A DNA stretch of 64,000 bases from Syntrophorhabdaceae bacterium (GTDB lineage: Bacteria > Desulfobacterota > Syntrophorhabdia > Syntrophorhabdales > Syntrophorhabdaceae): assembly GCA_963665295.1 (NCBI GenBank), contig OY762209.1, forward strand, positions 3,424,001 through 3,488,000. The letters are read 5' to 3'. The position numbers and the translations under genes were made by a program. This document shows positions 9,275-18,569 of this stretch, one piece after another. Each line of letters begins with the position of its first letter. The first letter of the stretch is position 1. The notes beneath the pieces are model-generated. The model worked only from the letters and a program-made list of their open reading frames with translations. It did not search any database and was not told the DNA's origin.

Positions 9275-10948
9275 GTGAAAACCGGTATATTTATCTGCCA
9301 TTGCGGACACAATATCAAGCACACGGTAGATGTGAAGAAGGTAAGTCAGTTTTTTAAGGTGTTTCCCAGCGTGATCGTCTCGGAGGACTACCCCTTCGTC
9401 TGCTCCGAGCCGGGCCAGGACATGATCCACGAGAGCATCGAAAAATACGGTCTCGACCGCGTCATCATTGCGTCATGTACGCCTTCGCTCCACGGGGAAT
9501 TGTTCAAGGACCTGTTGAAGAAGTCCAACCTGAACCCCTTTCTCCTGAGGAGAGTGGGCATAAGGGAACACTGCTCGTGGGTTGGAGACGACGTAGAGAA
9601 GAATACGGCAAAGGCGATAAAGCTGATAAAAGCGGGGCTTTATGCGTCATCCCATTATGTTCCCCTGGAAGAAAAGATGGTGGACGTGACGAAGTCGGCC
9701 CTGATTATAGGGGGTGGTGTCTCCGGTTTGAGCGCAGCCCTTTTCCTTTCGAAGATGGGGATGCAGGTATTCCTTGTGGAGAAGGGGGCGGAGCTTGGCG
9801 GTCATGTGAGAACCCTTAAGGATATATGGCCCATCAGACAGGATGGCAAGGCCGTTATCGACGGCATGGTGAGCGAACTTGAGACCCGGGAAAACGTGGA
9901 GATCTTCACGTCGACCACTGTGAGCGCTTTTGAAGGCTTCTTCGGAAATTACGAGGCGACCCTCGACACCCCGTCCGGGCAGAGAAAGGTAATAGCCGGC
10001 GGGATTATCGTGTCGATAGGTTTTTCGCCCTTTGACCCTCGCGTGATACCCGAGCTGAATTACGGCAAAGACGAGAGGATCATGACCACTATCGAGTTCG
10101 AAAAGAGGAAGGATGCGCTGGGCCTTCCCGAGAACCCGAGGATTGCAGTGCTCCACTGCGTGGGGTCACGGAACGAACAACTGGGGAGACCTTACTGTTC
10201 GAGGGTCTGCTGCATAAACGCACTCAGGGTGGGGGATGCAATAAAGGACAAATACAAGGAATCCTATGTGGAATCCTTTTACATGGATGTGAGGGCCCAT
10301 CCGCGGGGCGGCGAGGAATTTTTCGAGGATACCCAGGAAAAAGGTGTTCTCTTCACGCGAAGCAACGTTGCGGAGATTGTCCCCGGTCCGGGAGGGTTGA
10401 CGATACGGGGTGAGGATACGCTGTTCGGAGAACCCTTTGAGAGGGAGTTCGATGCCGCAGTGCTCTCTGTCGGAATGTCGCCGCCGGCCGATAGCCAGTC
10501 TATCGCCTCGCTCCTCAAGATTACCCTCGATAAGGATAAGTTTTTCCTCGAAGCCCATATCAAGCTCCGTCCTTTCGATACCGCGGTAAAGGGAATCTTC
10601 ATCGCCGGCTCATGTTCGGGCCCCAAGGATATGGAGGAGTCGATCAACCATGGCAGGGCATCGGCATTAAAGCTCTTCGGGTTCCTGAACCTGGGCTATG
10701 CCTTTGTCGACCCCTTTATCTCGTGGGTTGACCCCAAGAGGTGCAGCGGATGCAGGATGTGTGAAAAAGCATGCGTTGCAAAGGCGATAAAGTATGACGA
10801 GGAAAAGAGGATCGTCCACGTTGAGGAAGCGGCGTGCATGGGATGCGGACTTTGTAACGCCACATGCCCGTCTTCGTCCGTAAGCCTCAAGGGGCATATG
10901 GACAGTTACATTGACGACGAGATCGGCGCCCTTACGGAGGCGATGTGA
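9275..10948 (+). CDS. hdrA: HdrA-like protein with N-terminal Fe-S domain and C-terminal ferredoxin domain
   Basis: GIFICHCGHNI, ASCTP, IREHCSWV, HCVGSR, CSRVCC, GPKDM, CSGCRMCEKAC, CMGCGLCNATCP. Confidence 0.9.
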   Translation: MKTGIFICHCGHNIKHTVDVKKVSQFFKVFPSVIVSEDYPFVCSEPGQDMIHESIEKYGLDRVIIASCTPSLHGELFKDLLKKSNLNPFLLRRVGIREHCSWVGDDVEKNTAKAIKLIKAGLYASSHYVPLEEKMVDVTKSALIIGGGVSGLSAALFLSKMGMQVFLVEKGAELGGHVRTLKDIWPIRQDGKAVIDGMVSELETRENVEIFTSTTVSAFEGFFGNYEATLDTPSGQRKVIAGGIIVSIGFSPFDPRVIPELNYGKDERIMTTIEFEKRKDALGLPENPRIAVLHCVGSRNEQLGRPYCSRVCCINALRVGDAIKDKYKESYVESFYMDVRAHPRGGEEFFEDTQEKGVLFTRSNVAEIVPGPGGLTIRGEDTLFGEPFEREFDAAVLSVGMSPPADSQSIASLLKITLDKDKFFLEAHIKLRPFDTAVKGIFIAGSCSGPKDMEESINHGRASALKLFGFLNLGYAFVDPFISWVDPKRCSGCRMCEKACVAKAIKYDEEKRIVHVEEAACMGCGLCNATCPSSSVSLKGHMDSYIDDEIGALTEAM

Positions 10949-11005
10949 AAACAAGGGTTGCAGGTGGAAATAATCCGGACCGCGACTCAATTATTTGGAG
11001 GAAAG

Positions 11006-11425
11006 ATGTCGGAAGACAAGGCTGAAAAGAACCCGGAAATCATAGGTTTCGCATGTTCTTTTTGTACATTCAAGGCTTCTGAAATGGCGGGGAGTCTGAG
11101 GATGAAATACCCCGACGGGGTGAAGCTGGTTCAGGTCCCCTGTTCGAGCAGGGTCGATCCCGCCTTTGTCATCAAGTCGATCTTTGACGGAGCGGACGGC
11201 GTCTTTGTGGCGGGCTGCCACCCGGGGGACTGCCACTTCATTAAAGGCAACTATTTTACGCGAAGAAAGATCGCCGCCCTGAAAGAGATGCTGGATGCTT
11301 TTTCGATGAAAGACAAACTTCGTCTCTTCTGGGTGAGCGCTGCCGAGGCACGGCGTTTTGTGGAGAAGGTTTCAGGAATGTATAACGAGATAAAGGAAAA
11401 GAAAAATGCAGGGAAAACAAATTAA
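11006..11425 (+). CDS. mvhD: MvhD/FlxD-type [2Fe-2S] subunit
   Basis: FACSFC, VPCSSRVDP, GADGVFVAGCHPGDCHF, WVSAAE. ATG follows GGAGG. Confidence 0.92.
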   Translation: MSEDKAEKNPEIIGFACSFCTFKASEMAGSLRMKYPDGVKLVQVPCSSRVDPAFVIKSIFDGADGVFVAGCHPGDCHFIKGNYFTRRKIAALKEMLDAFSMKDKLRLFWVSAAEARRFVEKVSGMYNEIKEKKNAGKTN

Positions 11426-12419
11426 GAACGGCAATATCGAGAGCGCCCTTAATCGGTTTCTGGAGCAGGATGAACAACGTCTGGTTCTCGGTTACGAAAA
11501 GGGTGAAAACGATGTACGCCATCGCATATTCAAAGGAAATCTCGAACATTTCTCTTTGCTGAACCCCTTTTTCGGTGTTAACGGTGCGGTCTATCTGCGC
11601 CGGTTATTCTCAAAGGGAACGGGGATTATTCTCATGCTGAGACCCTGCGAGATAAGGGCGTACAATGAATTGATCAAATTGAACCAGATTGAGCGCGCGG
11701 GCATCACGGCCGTTTCGATTGACTGTTTCGGGGCAGTATCCCTAAAAGACAATACCGCGGAAATACCGACGGAAGCAGGCGAGTTGAAGGAATACTTCAA
11801 GGGATCGGACAATATGCGCTGGGCATGCCGGGTATGCAGGGAAAGGAGAGGTGTGGTCGGGGACGCGGGCATCAGAATCGACAAGGAAGGCAAATTCTGG
11901 GCCTTCTCCTACACGGAGAAGGGAGATGCGTTTCTTTCCCTTATCGAGGGCGAGCCCGAGGAAAGCGGCGCCGGGATGCTTCTGGAAGAGTCTCCTAAAA
12001 CGGACAAGTTCGCCACCGACATGGAACAATTTTCCAAGGACTTTTCAAAGTGCATCATGTGCAAGAACTGCAGGGATATGTGTCCTGTCTGTTATTGTGT
12101 GGATTGTGTATTCAACGGCGACGAATATCTGCCGAAGGGCGACGCACTTCTCAATAAGATCTTCCGCACAGGTTCCACGGACATGCCCCAAGGGAAAGAG
12201 CTTTTTCACATGGTCAGAATGTACCATGTATCCCAGGTTTGTGTGGGGTGCGGAGCGTGCGAGGAGGCGTGCCCCCAGGGCATTCCCCTTTCCAAGTATT
12301 TCAAGGGGATTTCGGAAAGACTCCAGGGCATGTTCTCCTATATGTCGGGAAGGAGTCTCGACGAAGACATACCTTACCTTACATTTCTTGAGGATGAATT
12401 GAAAGATGCAGAAGATTGA
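11406..12419 (+). CDS. FdhB/FrhB-family Fe-S subunit with C-terminal 4Fe-4S dicluster
   Basis: LRPCEIRA, SIDCFG, ACRVC, CIMCKNCRDMCPVCYCVDC, CVGCGACEEACPQGIPL. Confidence 0.82.
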   Translation: MQGKQIKNGNIESALNRFLEQDEQRLVLGYEKGENDVRHRIFKGNLEHFSLLNPFFGVNGAVYLRRLFSKGTGIILMLRPCEIRAYNELIKLNQIERAGITAVSIDCFGAVSLKDNTAEIPTEAGELKEYFKGSDNMRWACRVCRERRGVVGDAGIRIDKEGKFWAFSYTEKGDAFLSLIEGEPEESGAGMLLEESPKTDKFATDMEQFSKDFSKCIMCKNCRDMCPVCYCVDCVFNGDEYLPKGDALLNKIFRTGSTDMPQGKELFHMVRMYHVSQVCVGCGACEEACPQGIPLSKYFKGISERLQGMFSYMSGRSLDEDIPYLTFLEDELKDAED

Positions 12420-12864
12420 TAAGATCATAGAGCTCGCAGGGCACAAAAAGGAAGACCTTTCGGTCTGCATGGGATGCAAGGTCTGCGCGTCGGTCTGTAC
12501 GGTGAACGACCTCGACATTGCCATGAACCCCCAGGAACTCCTTGTCCGTCTGTTTCTGGGAGAGGAAATAGAAAAGGACCATCCTCTTGTCCGTTACTGC
12601 ACGAGTTGCTACCGCTGTACGGGGGCGTGTCCGTGGAAGATACGGATACCGGAGGTGGTGAGAGCCTTGCGGGAGTCCCTCGACGTGGCGTCCCCCTTTG
12701 AGAAGGCGTTTAAGGGGTCCCTCAAGATTTGGGGAAGGGTTTACGAGCCTTATGTGTTTCTTATGTCGGTCTCCTTTCTGCTAAAGGAAGGCTATGTGAA
12801 ACATATGCCGAAATGGACGGAGTACATGAGCTTTCATCTGCCCCACAAAGTGAAGAGGACTTGA
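12406..12864 (+). CDS. hdrC: Heterodisulfide reductase subunit C-like
   Basis: CMGCKVCASVCT and CTSCYRCTGACP; GRVYE near the C-terminus; directly precedes hdrB. Confidence 0.85.
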   Translation: MQKIDKIIELAGHKKEDLSVCMGCKVCASVCTVNDLDIAMNPQELLVRLFLGEEIEKDHPLVRYCTSCYRCTGACPWKIRIPEVVRALRESLDVASPFEKAFKGSLKIWGRVYEPYVFLMSVSFLLKEGYVKHMPKWTEYMSFHLPHKVKRT

Positions 12865-12865
12865 C

Positions 12866-13546
12866 ATGGATTACGGATATTACCCAGGCTGTTCCCTGAC
12901 GGGTTCGGCTCGTAAGCTCGATAAAGGTGTAAAAGAGGTATTCAAGAAATTGGGACACCGTCTTACGGAGATCCCGGACTGGAACTGCTGCGGCGCCCTG
13001 GAATACGGAGACCGGAACGAACTGGTGGCGCTTTCCAAAGAAAACCTGAGGAAAGCCGAAGGGATGTGCAAGGAGATCGTGGCACCTTGCCCCGCGTGTT
13101 ACAAAAACCTCAAGGACGCGAATTCCGATGACAGGTTTACCATACTCAATCCCCTTGAGCTCCTTGATAAGGAAGTGCTCTCTTCCATCAACGCCAAGCG
13201 CGATCTGAAGGGAAAGGTCTTTACTCCCTATTACGGATGCGTCCTTTTGCGCCCTGAGGGAACGGCCATCAAGAATAAGAATGTAATGGAAGATCTGATC
13301 ACACACTTTGGCGGCGAGATCGAAGGCGAGAAGGTCAAGGACAGGTGTTGCGGCGGCAACCAGTTTTTTGCCAATAAATGGGCTACGGAGAAACTTTCAG
13401 GTTTGATCATCGATAAGTCGAAGGGGACCATCGTGGTATTCTGCCCCCTCTGCGAGATGGCGCTGAAGACCTTCTCGACGGGCAGGAAGATCATTTATCT
13501 CACGGACCTTGTACTCTATATCATGGGAGAGAATAACGTAATATGA
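12866..13546 (+). CDS. hdrB: Heterodisulfide reductase subunit B-like (short, two CCG motifs)
   Basis: YYPGCSL...WNCCGA...CPACY and YYGCVLLRP...RCCGG...FCPLCE. Confidence 0.9.
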   Translation: MDYGYYPGCSLTGSARKLDKGVKEVFKKLGHRLTEIPDWNCCGALEYGDRNELVALSKENLRKAEGMCKEIVAPCPACYKNLKDANSDDRFTILNPLELLDKEVLSSINAKRDLKGKVFTPYYGCVLLRPEGTAIKNKNVMEDLITHFGGEIEGEKVKDRCCGGNQFFANKWATEKLSGLIIDKSKGTIVVFCPLCEMALKTFSTGRKIIYLTDLVLYIMGENNVI

Positions 13547-15285
13547 ACGTACTCATAGTAGGCGGCGGTATAAGCGGCATATCTGCCGCAAAGGTTGCCC
13601 TGAAAGAAGGCCACGAGGTTACGATCCTCGAGTCCTCGCCGGAGCCGGGCGGCCTCATGGCCCGTATCGCAAACTGCAGGGTTGGGTTCACCACTTTTTT
13701 TGACGAGATACGTGATAATCCCGGACTTACGGTTATCAGGGAAAGTGTGATTACGAGTGTCGAGAAGAAAAACGGCGTGTTCGCCGTAACCCTGGCAAAC
13801 GGAAAATCCCTCGATGCGGACAAGGTGATAATCGCGGCGGGTCTGAGCCCTTACGATCCTGTCCAGTATAAGGGGAAAAGGGTGGTCACGAGTCTCGAGT
13901 ATGACGCTCTTATCGATCAGCGCAACGGCGAGCTTCCTTCGGATTTCAACAAGGTGGCCTTTGTGCTCTGTGTCGGCTCGCGTTGCGAGGAATACCCCCT
14001 CTGCTCGTCGGTCTGCTGTTCCTACACGATACGGGAGATCAAATGGACGCTTCAGAGAGCGAAACCGGATATAAAGGTTTTTTATAACGACCTTCGTTTC
14101 TTCGGACAGGAGTTTTATCTGGAGAAGATTTACAGGGATGCGGGTGTTGCTTTTGTCAGGGCAAATTCCCGGTATTTCGATGAAGACGAGACAGGTGTCA
14201 ACGTGCGGTACTATACGGACGGAGAGCTTAAAGAGGAACGGTTTGACTACGTAGTCCTCGCCATCGGGCTTCGTCCGAATCCCGAGCTACAGCGCTTGAG
14301 CGCGCTTTTCGGATTCAGCCTGAATGAGTTCGGGTTTGTGAGGGAAAAGGAGCCTTTAACCACGGACGTTGAAGGCGTCTATGTTTCGGGTGGAGCTCTT
14401 GAGCCCATGAACATAAAGGATTCCATCCTTACCGGATTTGGCGCCGGCGTGCGCGCGACCAGGGATGCAGGCTTTTCCGTGGAAGCAGCGCGAAACCGTG
14501 AAAAGCTCTATAGAGAGCCCGAGCCTGAAATTGCAGTCTCTGATGAAGGGTCTTCATGCCTTTTTTACATAGGCACGGAAGACGCAGGGTCTGCCATATT
14601 TTACGAGTATATATCATCCAAATTTATCGCCCTGGCGCGATATCTCAAGAAGGCAGGGAAGACGGTTTATGTGACCACGAAGAACATGGTTACGCCCTCT
14701 TACGCCGAAGTCGCCTATGAGGCGGCAAGAAGAGAGGGCATTATCTTTATTCACCTTGAAGAAGGGGAGCGCATAGACTTCGAGGAAGGCAAGGCACGCA
14801 TATCAGGGCTGAAAAGAAATATGACCCTGGCAGTCGATAAGGTAATCCGGTTTGAAGACTATGCCGCCTTTTTCAATGATAAGGAATTCCTTTCGCTTTA
14901 CAGATCTGAGCCTCAGCTCAGATGGTCACCTACAAAATGGGGCAGGAAGAAGTACCACGTGGGTTTTATCAGACATCCCCGGGCCGAGAGATGGGAGCCG
15001 AGAGAGGTTTTTGGCGCCCTTGGGGAAATGATTCTCGACCTGGAAGAGGAAAGGGTGCTGCCGCAGGTAAACGAAGAAAGATGCAGCGGTTGCGGTTCCT
15101 GTAAGGATGCGTGCCCTCATAGCGCTATTGAACTGGAGATAAGAGAACGAGGTATAGCCGTCTTCGGGCTTCAGGCGGCGTCCAGTGTGCCCATTGCTCA
15201 TGTAAAAGAAGACGAGTGTGCAGGTTGCGGTTTGTGCGCTTCCACATGCCCGTCCGATGTGATCAGCTATCCCGAAGTAAGGTAA
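13543..15285 (+). CDS. Third, divergent HdrA-like flavoprotein with C-terminal ferredoxin domain
   Basis: GGGISGISAA, LCVGSR, CSSVCC, a degenerate second half, CSGCGSCKDACP and CAGCGLCASTCP. Confidence 0.82.
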   Translation: MNVLIVGGGISGISAAKVALKEGHEVTILESSPEPGGLMARIANCRVGFTTFFDEIRDNPGLTVIRESVITSVEKKNGVFAVTLANGKSLDADKVIIAAGLSPYDPVQYKGKRVVTSLEYDALIDQRNGELPSDFNKVAFVLCVGSRCEEYPLCSSVCCSYTIREIKWTLQRAKPDIKVFYNDLRFFGQEFYLEKIYRDAGVAFVRANSRYFDEDETGVNVRYYTDGELKEERFDYVVLAIGLRPNPELQRLSALFGFSLNEFGFVREKEPLTTDVEGVYVSGGALEPMNIKDSILTGFGAGVRATRDAGFSVEAARNREKLYREPEPEIAVSDEGSSCLFYIGTEDAGSAIFYEYISSKFIALARYLKKAGKTVYVTTKNMVTPSYAEVAYEAARREGIIFIHLEEGERIDFEEGKARISGLKRNMTLAVDKVIRFEDYAAFFNDKEFLSLYRSEPQLRWSPTKWGRKKYHVGFIRHPRAERWEPREVFGALGEMILDLEEERVLPQVNEERCSGCGSCKDACPHSAIELEIRERGIAVFGLQAASSVPIAHVKEDECAGCGLCASTCPSDVISYPEVR

Positions 15286-15298
15286 GTCAAGTGACCGT

Positions 15299-15331
15299 CC
15301 GGAAGCCCGCGGAGAGCGGGTTCCCGGATTT
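15299..15331 (+). terminator. Hairpin after the hdr operon
   Basis: CCGGAAGCCCGC-GGAGA-GCGGGTTCCCGG followed by ATTT. Confidence 0.55.
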
Positions 15332-15351
15332 ATATACATTGAATGTATATA
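15331..15351. promoter_or_regulatory. Perfect AT-rich palindrome, putative repressor operator upstream of dctPQM
   Basis: TATATACATT-G-AATGTATATA (10-bp arms). Confidence 0.6.
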
Positions 15352-15730
15352 CGTTGATATTTGATGTGTTGATTGCTTACTCCTTTTCCATGGTTTTCGC
15401 AGGAGCCGTAGAGAGGGCGTTTGTATCCGGAAAGGACTATGCCTGCAAAGGAGGTGAGGCCCCGCAAGATAGAAAAACGATATACCGGCAGGACGGATAT
15501 GAGGGGCGGCCTGGGAGGGTCGTGAAGGTATCCGGGGCAGGGGAATTTCTTGAAGAAAGACAGGACCCTGTGAGGCGTGACAGGAAAGCCGAGAAAATGG
15601 TGGAAGGCGGCCGCATAGGTGGACGCAGATGGCCCTGTCACGTGTTTGAATCCCTGGAGAGCTTCAGGACTGGTCGTGTAAAACTCATAAACGGAGAGTC
15701 ACACAAAATTCAAATTAATGGGGAGGTTTT

Positions 15731-16762
15731 ATGAAAAGATCAACATGGATGATCGGTTGTCTCATGGTATGCGCATTACTGTTTTTATTCCTCGTCCCCC
15801 TTCAGAGCCACGCGGCGGAGAAGGTAATCACCCTTAAGGTAGCCAACTGGTTCCCTATCACCCACAAGCAGAGCATCCTCCTCGATGCGTGGGGCAAGGA
15901 AGTGGAGAAGAAGACGGGGGGCAAGGTAAAGGTCAACTACTATGCCGCAGGCACCCTCGTGCCCGCTGCCCAGAGCTATGACGCGGTCACCAAGGGTATC
16001 GCCGATGTAGGCAACCACGTCCTCGGATACACGGTAGGGAAGTTCCCCTTGACGGAGATCATCGACCTCCCCCTGGGCTACCCCAACAACACGGTTCCCA
16101 CCAAGATGGCCAATGCCTTCTACGGCAAGTTCAAACCGAAAGAGTTCGATGAGGTGAAGGTCCTCTGGTTCCACGCCCAGGCCCCCGGCATCGTCCACAC
16201 GAAGTCAAAACCCGTCCACAAACTCGAGGACCTGAAGGGCCTCAAGATGAGGACCTACGGCTCCAATGCGAAGCTCATGGGACTTCTGGGAGGAACCCCC
16301 GTGGCAATGCCCATGACCGATGTGTATGACGCCCTTTCGAGAGGCGTAGCCGACGGCGTCATGGCCGCATACGAGGCACTGGAAGGCTTCAGGCTCGGAG
16401 AGCAGGTGAAGTACTCCACGGAGAACTACGACACCTCCTACAGCGCCACCTTCGTGGTCGTCATGAACAAGAGAAAATGGAACGCCCTTCCCCCGGACGT
16501 GCAGAAGGTGATCGACGGGATGAGCCCCGAGTATATCGAGAAGTACGCCGCCATGTGGGATGACATCGAAAAGAGCGGCAAGGAATACTGCATCAAGAAA
16601 GGCAACAAGATCATCACCCTCGACAAAGCCGAACAAGCCAAGTGGGTGGCCAAGGCCGAACCTCTCTTCGATGACTACGTGAAGAGGATGAAGGCAAAGA
16701 ACCTGCCGGGCGACGAAGCGCTGAAGTTCGTCCGCGATTACTTAAAACCCTACAAAAAGTAA
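15731..16762 (+). CDS. dctP: TRAP transporter substrate-binding protein
   Basis: Signal peptide (..QSHA/AEK), LEDLKGLKMR, LGGTPVAMPMTDVYDALSRGVADG, MNKRKWNALPPDVQ. Confidence 0.95.
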   Translation: MKRSTWMIGCLMVCALLFLFLVPLQSHAAEKVITLKVANWFPITHKQSILLDAWGKEVEKKTGGKVKVNYYAAGTLVPAAQSYDAVTKGIADVGNHVLGYTVGKFPLTEIIDLPLGYPNNTVPTKMANAFYGKFKPKEFDEVKVLWFHAQAPGIVHTKSKPVHKLEDLKGLKMRTYGSNAKLMGLLGGTPVAMPMTDVYDALSRGVADGVMAAYEALEGFRLGEQVKYSTENYDTSYSATFVVVMNKRKWNALPPDVQKVIDGMSPEYIEKYAAMWDDIEKSGKEYCIKKGNKIITLDKAEQAKWVAKAEPLFDDYVKRMKAKNLPGDEALKFVRDYLKPYKK

Positions 16763-16777
16763 TATCCGGGAGGAGAA

Positions 16778-17260
16778 ATGCAGGTATTTCACTCGGTGGT
16801 TTTGAGAGTCGGCAAGGTGATGGACGTGATCGGGGGGACCGTCCTTACCCTGATGATGCTTATCACCGTGCTGGACGTGGTCCTCCGGCTCTTCCGGAAG
16901 CCCATTACCGGCACGTATGAACTGGTTTTCCTGGGAGGCGCGGTGGTAATCGGATGCGCCATCCCCATCACTTCATGGGAGGGAGGACACGTGTGCGTCG
17001 ACTTTCTGCTCGAACACTTCTCTCCCATGGCGAAGAAGGTCATCATGCTCCTCACGAGGCTCCTGGGCATCGCGTTCTTTCTCCTTCTCGCATGCAACCT
17101 CTTCCTCCTCGGGACCGATCTCTTCACGTCCGGAGAGGTGTCGCTCACGCTGCACGTGCCCTACTACCCCGCTGCCTATATCCTCGCGCTCTGCGCTTTC
17201 GTGGAGTGCCTCGTGCTCGTGTCGTCCTTTATAAAGATTATCGGGGGAGATCATGAATGA
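16778..17260 (+). CDS. dctQ: TRAP transporter small permease
   Basis: Four hydrophobic segments; DVVLR...PITGTYELV and GHVCVD; lies between dctP and dctM. Confidence 0.92.
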   Translation: MQVFHSVVLRVGKVMDVIGGTVLTLMMLITVLDVVLRLFRKPITGTYELVFLGGAVVIGCAIPITSWEGGHVCVDFLLEHFSPMAKKVIMLLTRLLGIAFFLLLACNLFLLGTDLFTSGEVSLTLHVPYYPAAYILALCAFVECLVLVSSFIKIIGGDHE

Positions 17261-18554
17261 GACCGTCGTAGGAGTCATCGTACTCTGTCTGTTATTGGGG
17301 CTGTTTCTCACGGGTATCGAACTCGCCTTTGCCATGGGCATTCTCGGGGTGGCGGGGTTTGCCTACCTCGTGGACGTGCCGGCTGCCATGGGTCTCATGG
17401 CGAACGACTTTTTCGATGCCCTCGCATCATACGGGCTCACGGTCATCCCGCTCTTCGTACTCATGGGCCAGATCGCCTTCAACGCGGGTATCGCGAAGAG
17501 GCTCTATGACTGCGCCCACAGGTTCTTAGGCCACATCCCCGGGGGCCTCGCCATCGCCACGGTGGCAGGGGCAACGGCCTTCAAGGCCATCTGCGGCTCC
17601 GTGGCAGCCACATCAGCCACCTTTGCGAGTGTGGCCGTGCCCGAGATGACAAAATACGGGTATGACAAGAAGCTCTCCACAGGGATCGTGGCCACAGTGG
17701 GCACCCTGGGCTGTCTTATCCCCCCGAGTGTGGTCCTCATCATATTCGGTATCGTGACCCAGCAGTCCATAGGGAGGCTCTTTCTCGCGGGCATCCTCCC
17801 CGGGCTCCTTATCGCATTCTTCTTTGTCGTGGTCATCTTCGGCTGGTGCAGGATAAACCCCAAGCTGGGCCCGAAGTGCGAGCCCTTCACCTGGGGCGAG
17901 AGAATGAAAACGGTGCCCGACGTCATATGGCCCATCGGCATCTTCCTCGTCATTATCGTGGGAATGATGAAGGGGTTCTTTACCCCCACGGAAGCAGGGA
18001 GTATCGGGGCCTTCTCGGTCCTCGTGCTCTGCATCGCCAAAAAGAACATGAACTTCAAGGGATATGTGAAGTCCGTGAAGGAGTCCCTCAGGACCGCGTG
18101 TATGGTCCTTCTTCTCATTGCCACATCGAGCATGCTCGGGCACTTCATCGCAGTGACGAACATACCCAGCCGCCTCGGCGAATGGACCTTAAGCCTCACG
18201 CTCCCGTCCTTTGTCGTGGTGGTCATGATATTCTTTATCTACCTCCTGGGCGGGTCGTTCATCGACGACCTGGCGTTTATGATCCTCGCCACGCCCATAT
18301 TCTTCCCCATCATCACGAAACTCGGGTATGACCCCCTCTGGGCAGGCATTGTCATCGCCCTTACCGTCTGCATAGGGTCCGTGGTCCCGCCCGTGGCGAT
18401 CTGCGTTTTCATTGTGAGGAACATTACGAAGGTACCCATGGGGGTCATCTATTCCGGGGTCTACCCCTTTCTCATCTCCCTGGTCCTCGTGGTGGTGCTC
18501 TGTTTTCTCTTTCCCCAGATCGCCCTGTTTTTGCCTAATCTGCTTATGCCGTAG
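17253..18554 (+). CDS. dctM: TRAP transporter large permease
   Basis: IPLFVLMG, GTLGCLIPPS, SIGRLFLAGILPG, FTPTEAG. Confidence 0.95.
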   Translation: MNETVVGVIVLCLLLGLFLTGIELAFAMGILGVAGFAYLVDVPAAMGLMANDFFDALASYGLTVIPLFVLMGQIAFNAGIAKRLYDCAHRFLGHIPGGLAIATVAGATAFKAICGSVAATSATFASVAVPEMTKYGYDKKLSTGIVATVGTLGCLIPPSVVLIIFGIVTQQSIGRLFLAGILPGLLIAFFFVVVIFGWCRINPKLGPKCEPFTWGERMKTVPDVIWPIGIFLVIIVGMMKGFFTPTEAGSIGAFSVLVLCIAKKNMNFKGYVKSVKESLRTACMVLLLIATSSMLGHFIAVTNIPSRLGEWTLSLTLPSFVVVVMIFFIYLLGGSFIDDLAFMILATPIFFPIITKLGYDPLWAGIVIALTVCIGSVVPPVAICVFIVRNITKVPMGVIYSGVYPFLISLVLVVVLCFLFPQIALFLPNLLMP

Positions 18555-18569
18555 AAAAGAGGAGGAAGT

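Noticed and set aside
6481..11425. Selenocysteine readthrough in HdrA/MvhD
   Set aside because: The frames are uninterrupted, the relevant positions are Cys, and no in-frame TGA was seen.
15216..15734. 172-aa ORF spanning the hdr-dctP intergenic region
   Set aside because: It starts inside HdrA-3, runs through a terminator hairpin and an operator palindrome, and has no recognisable features.
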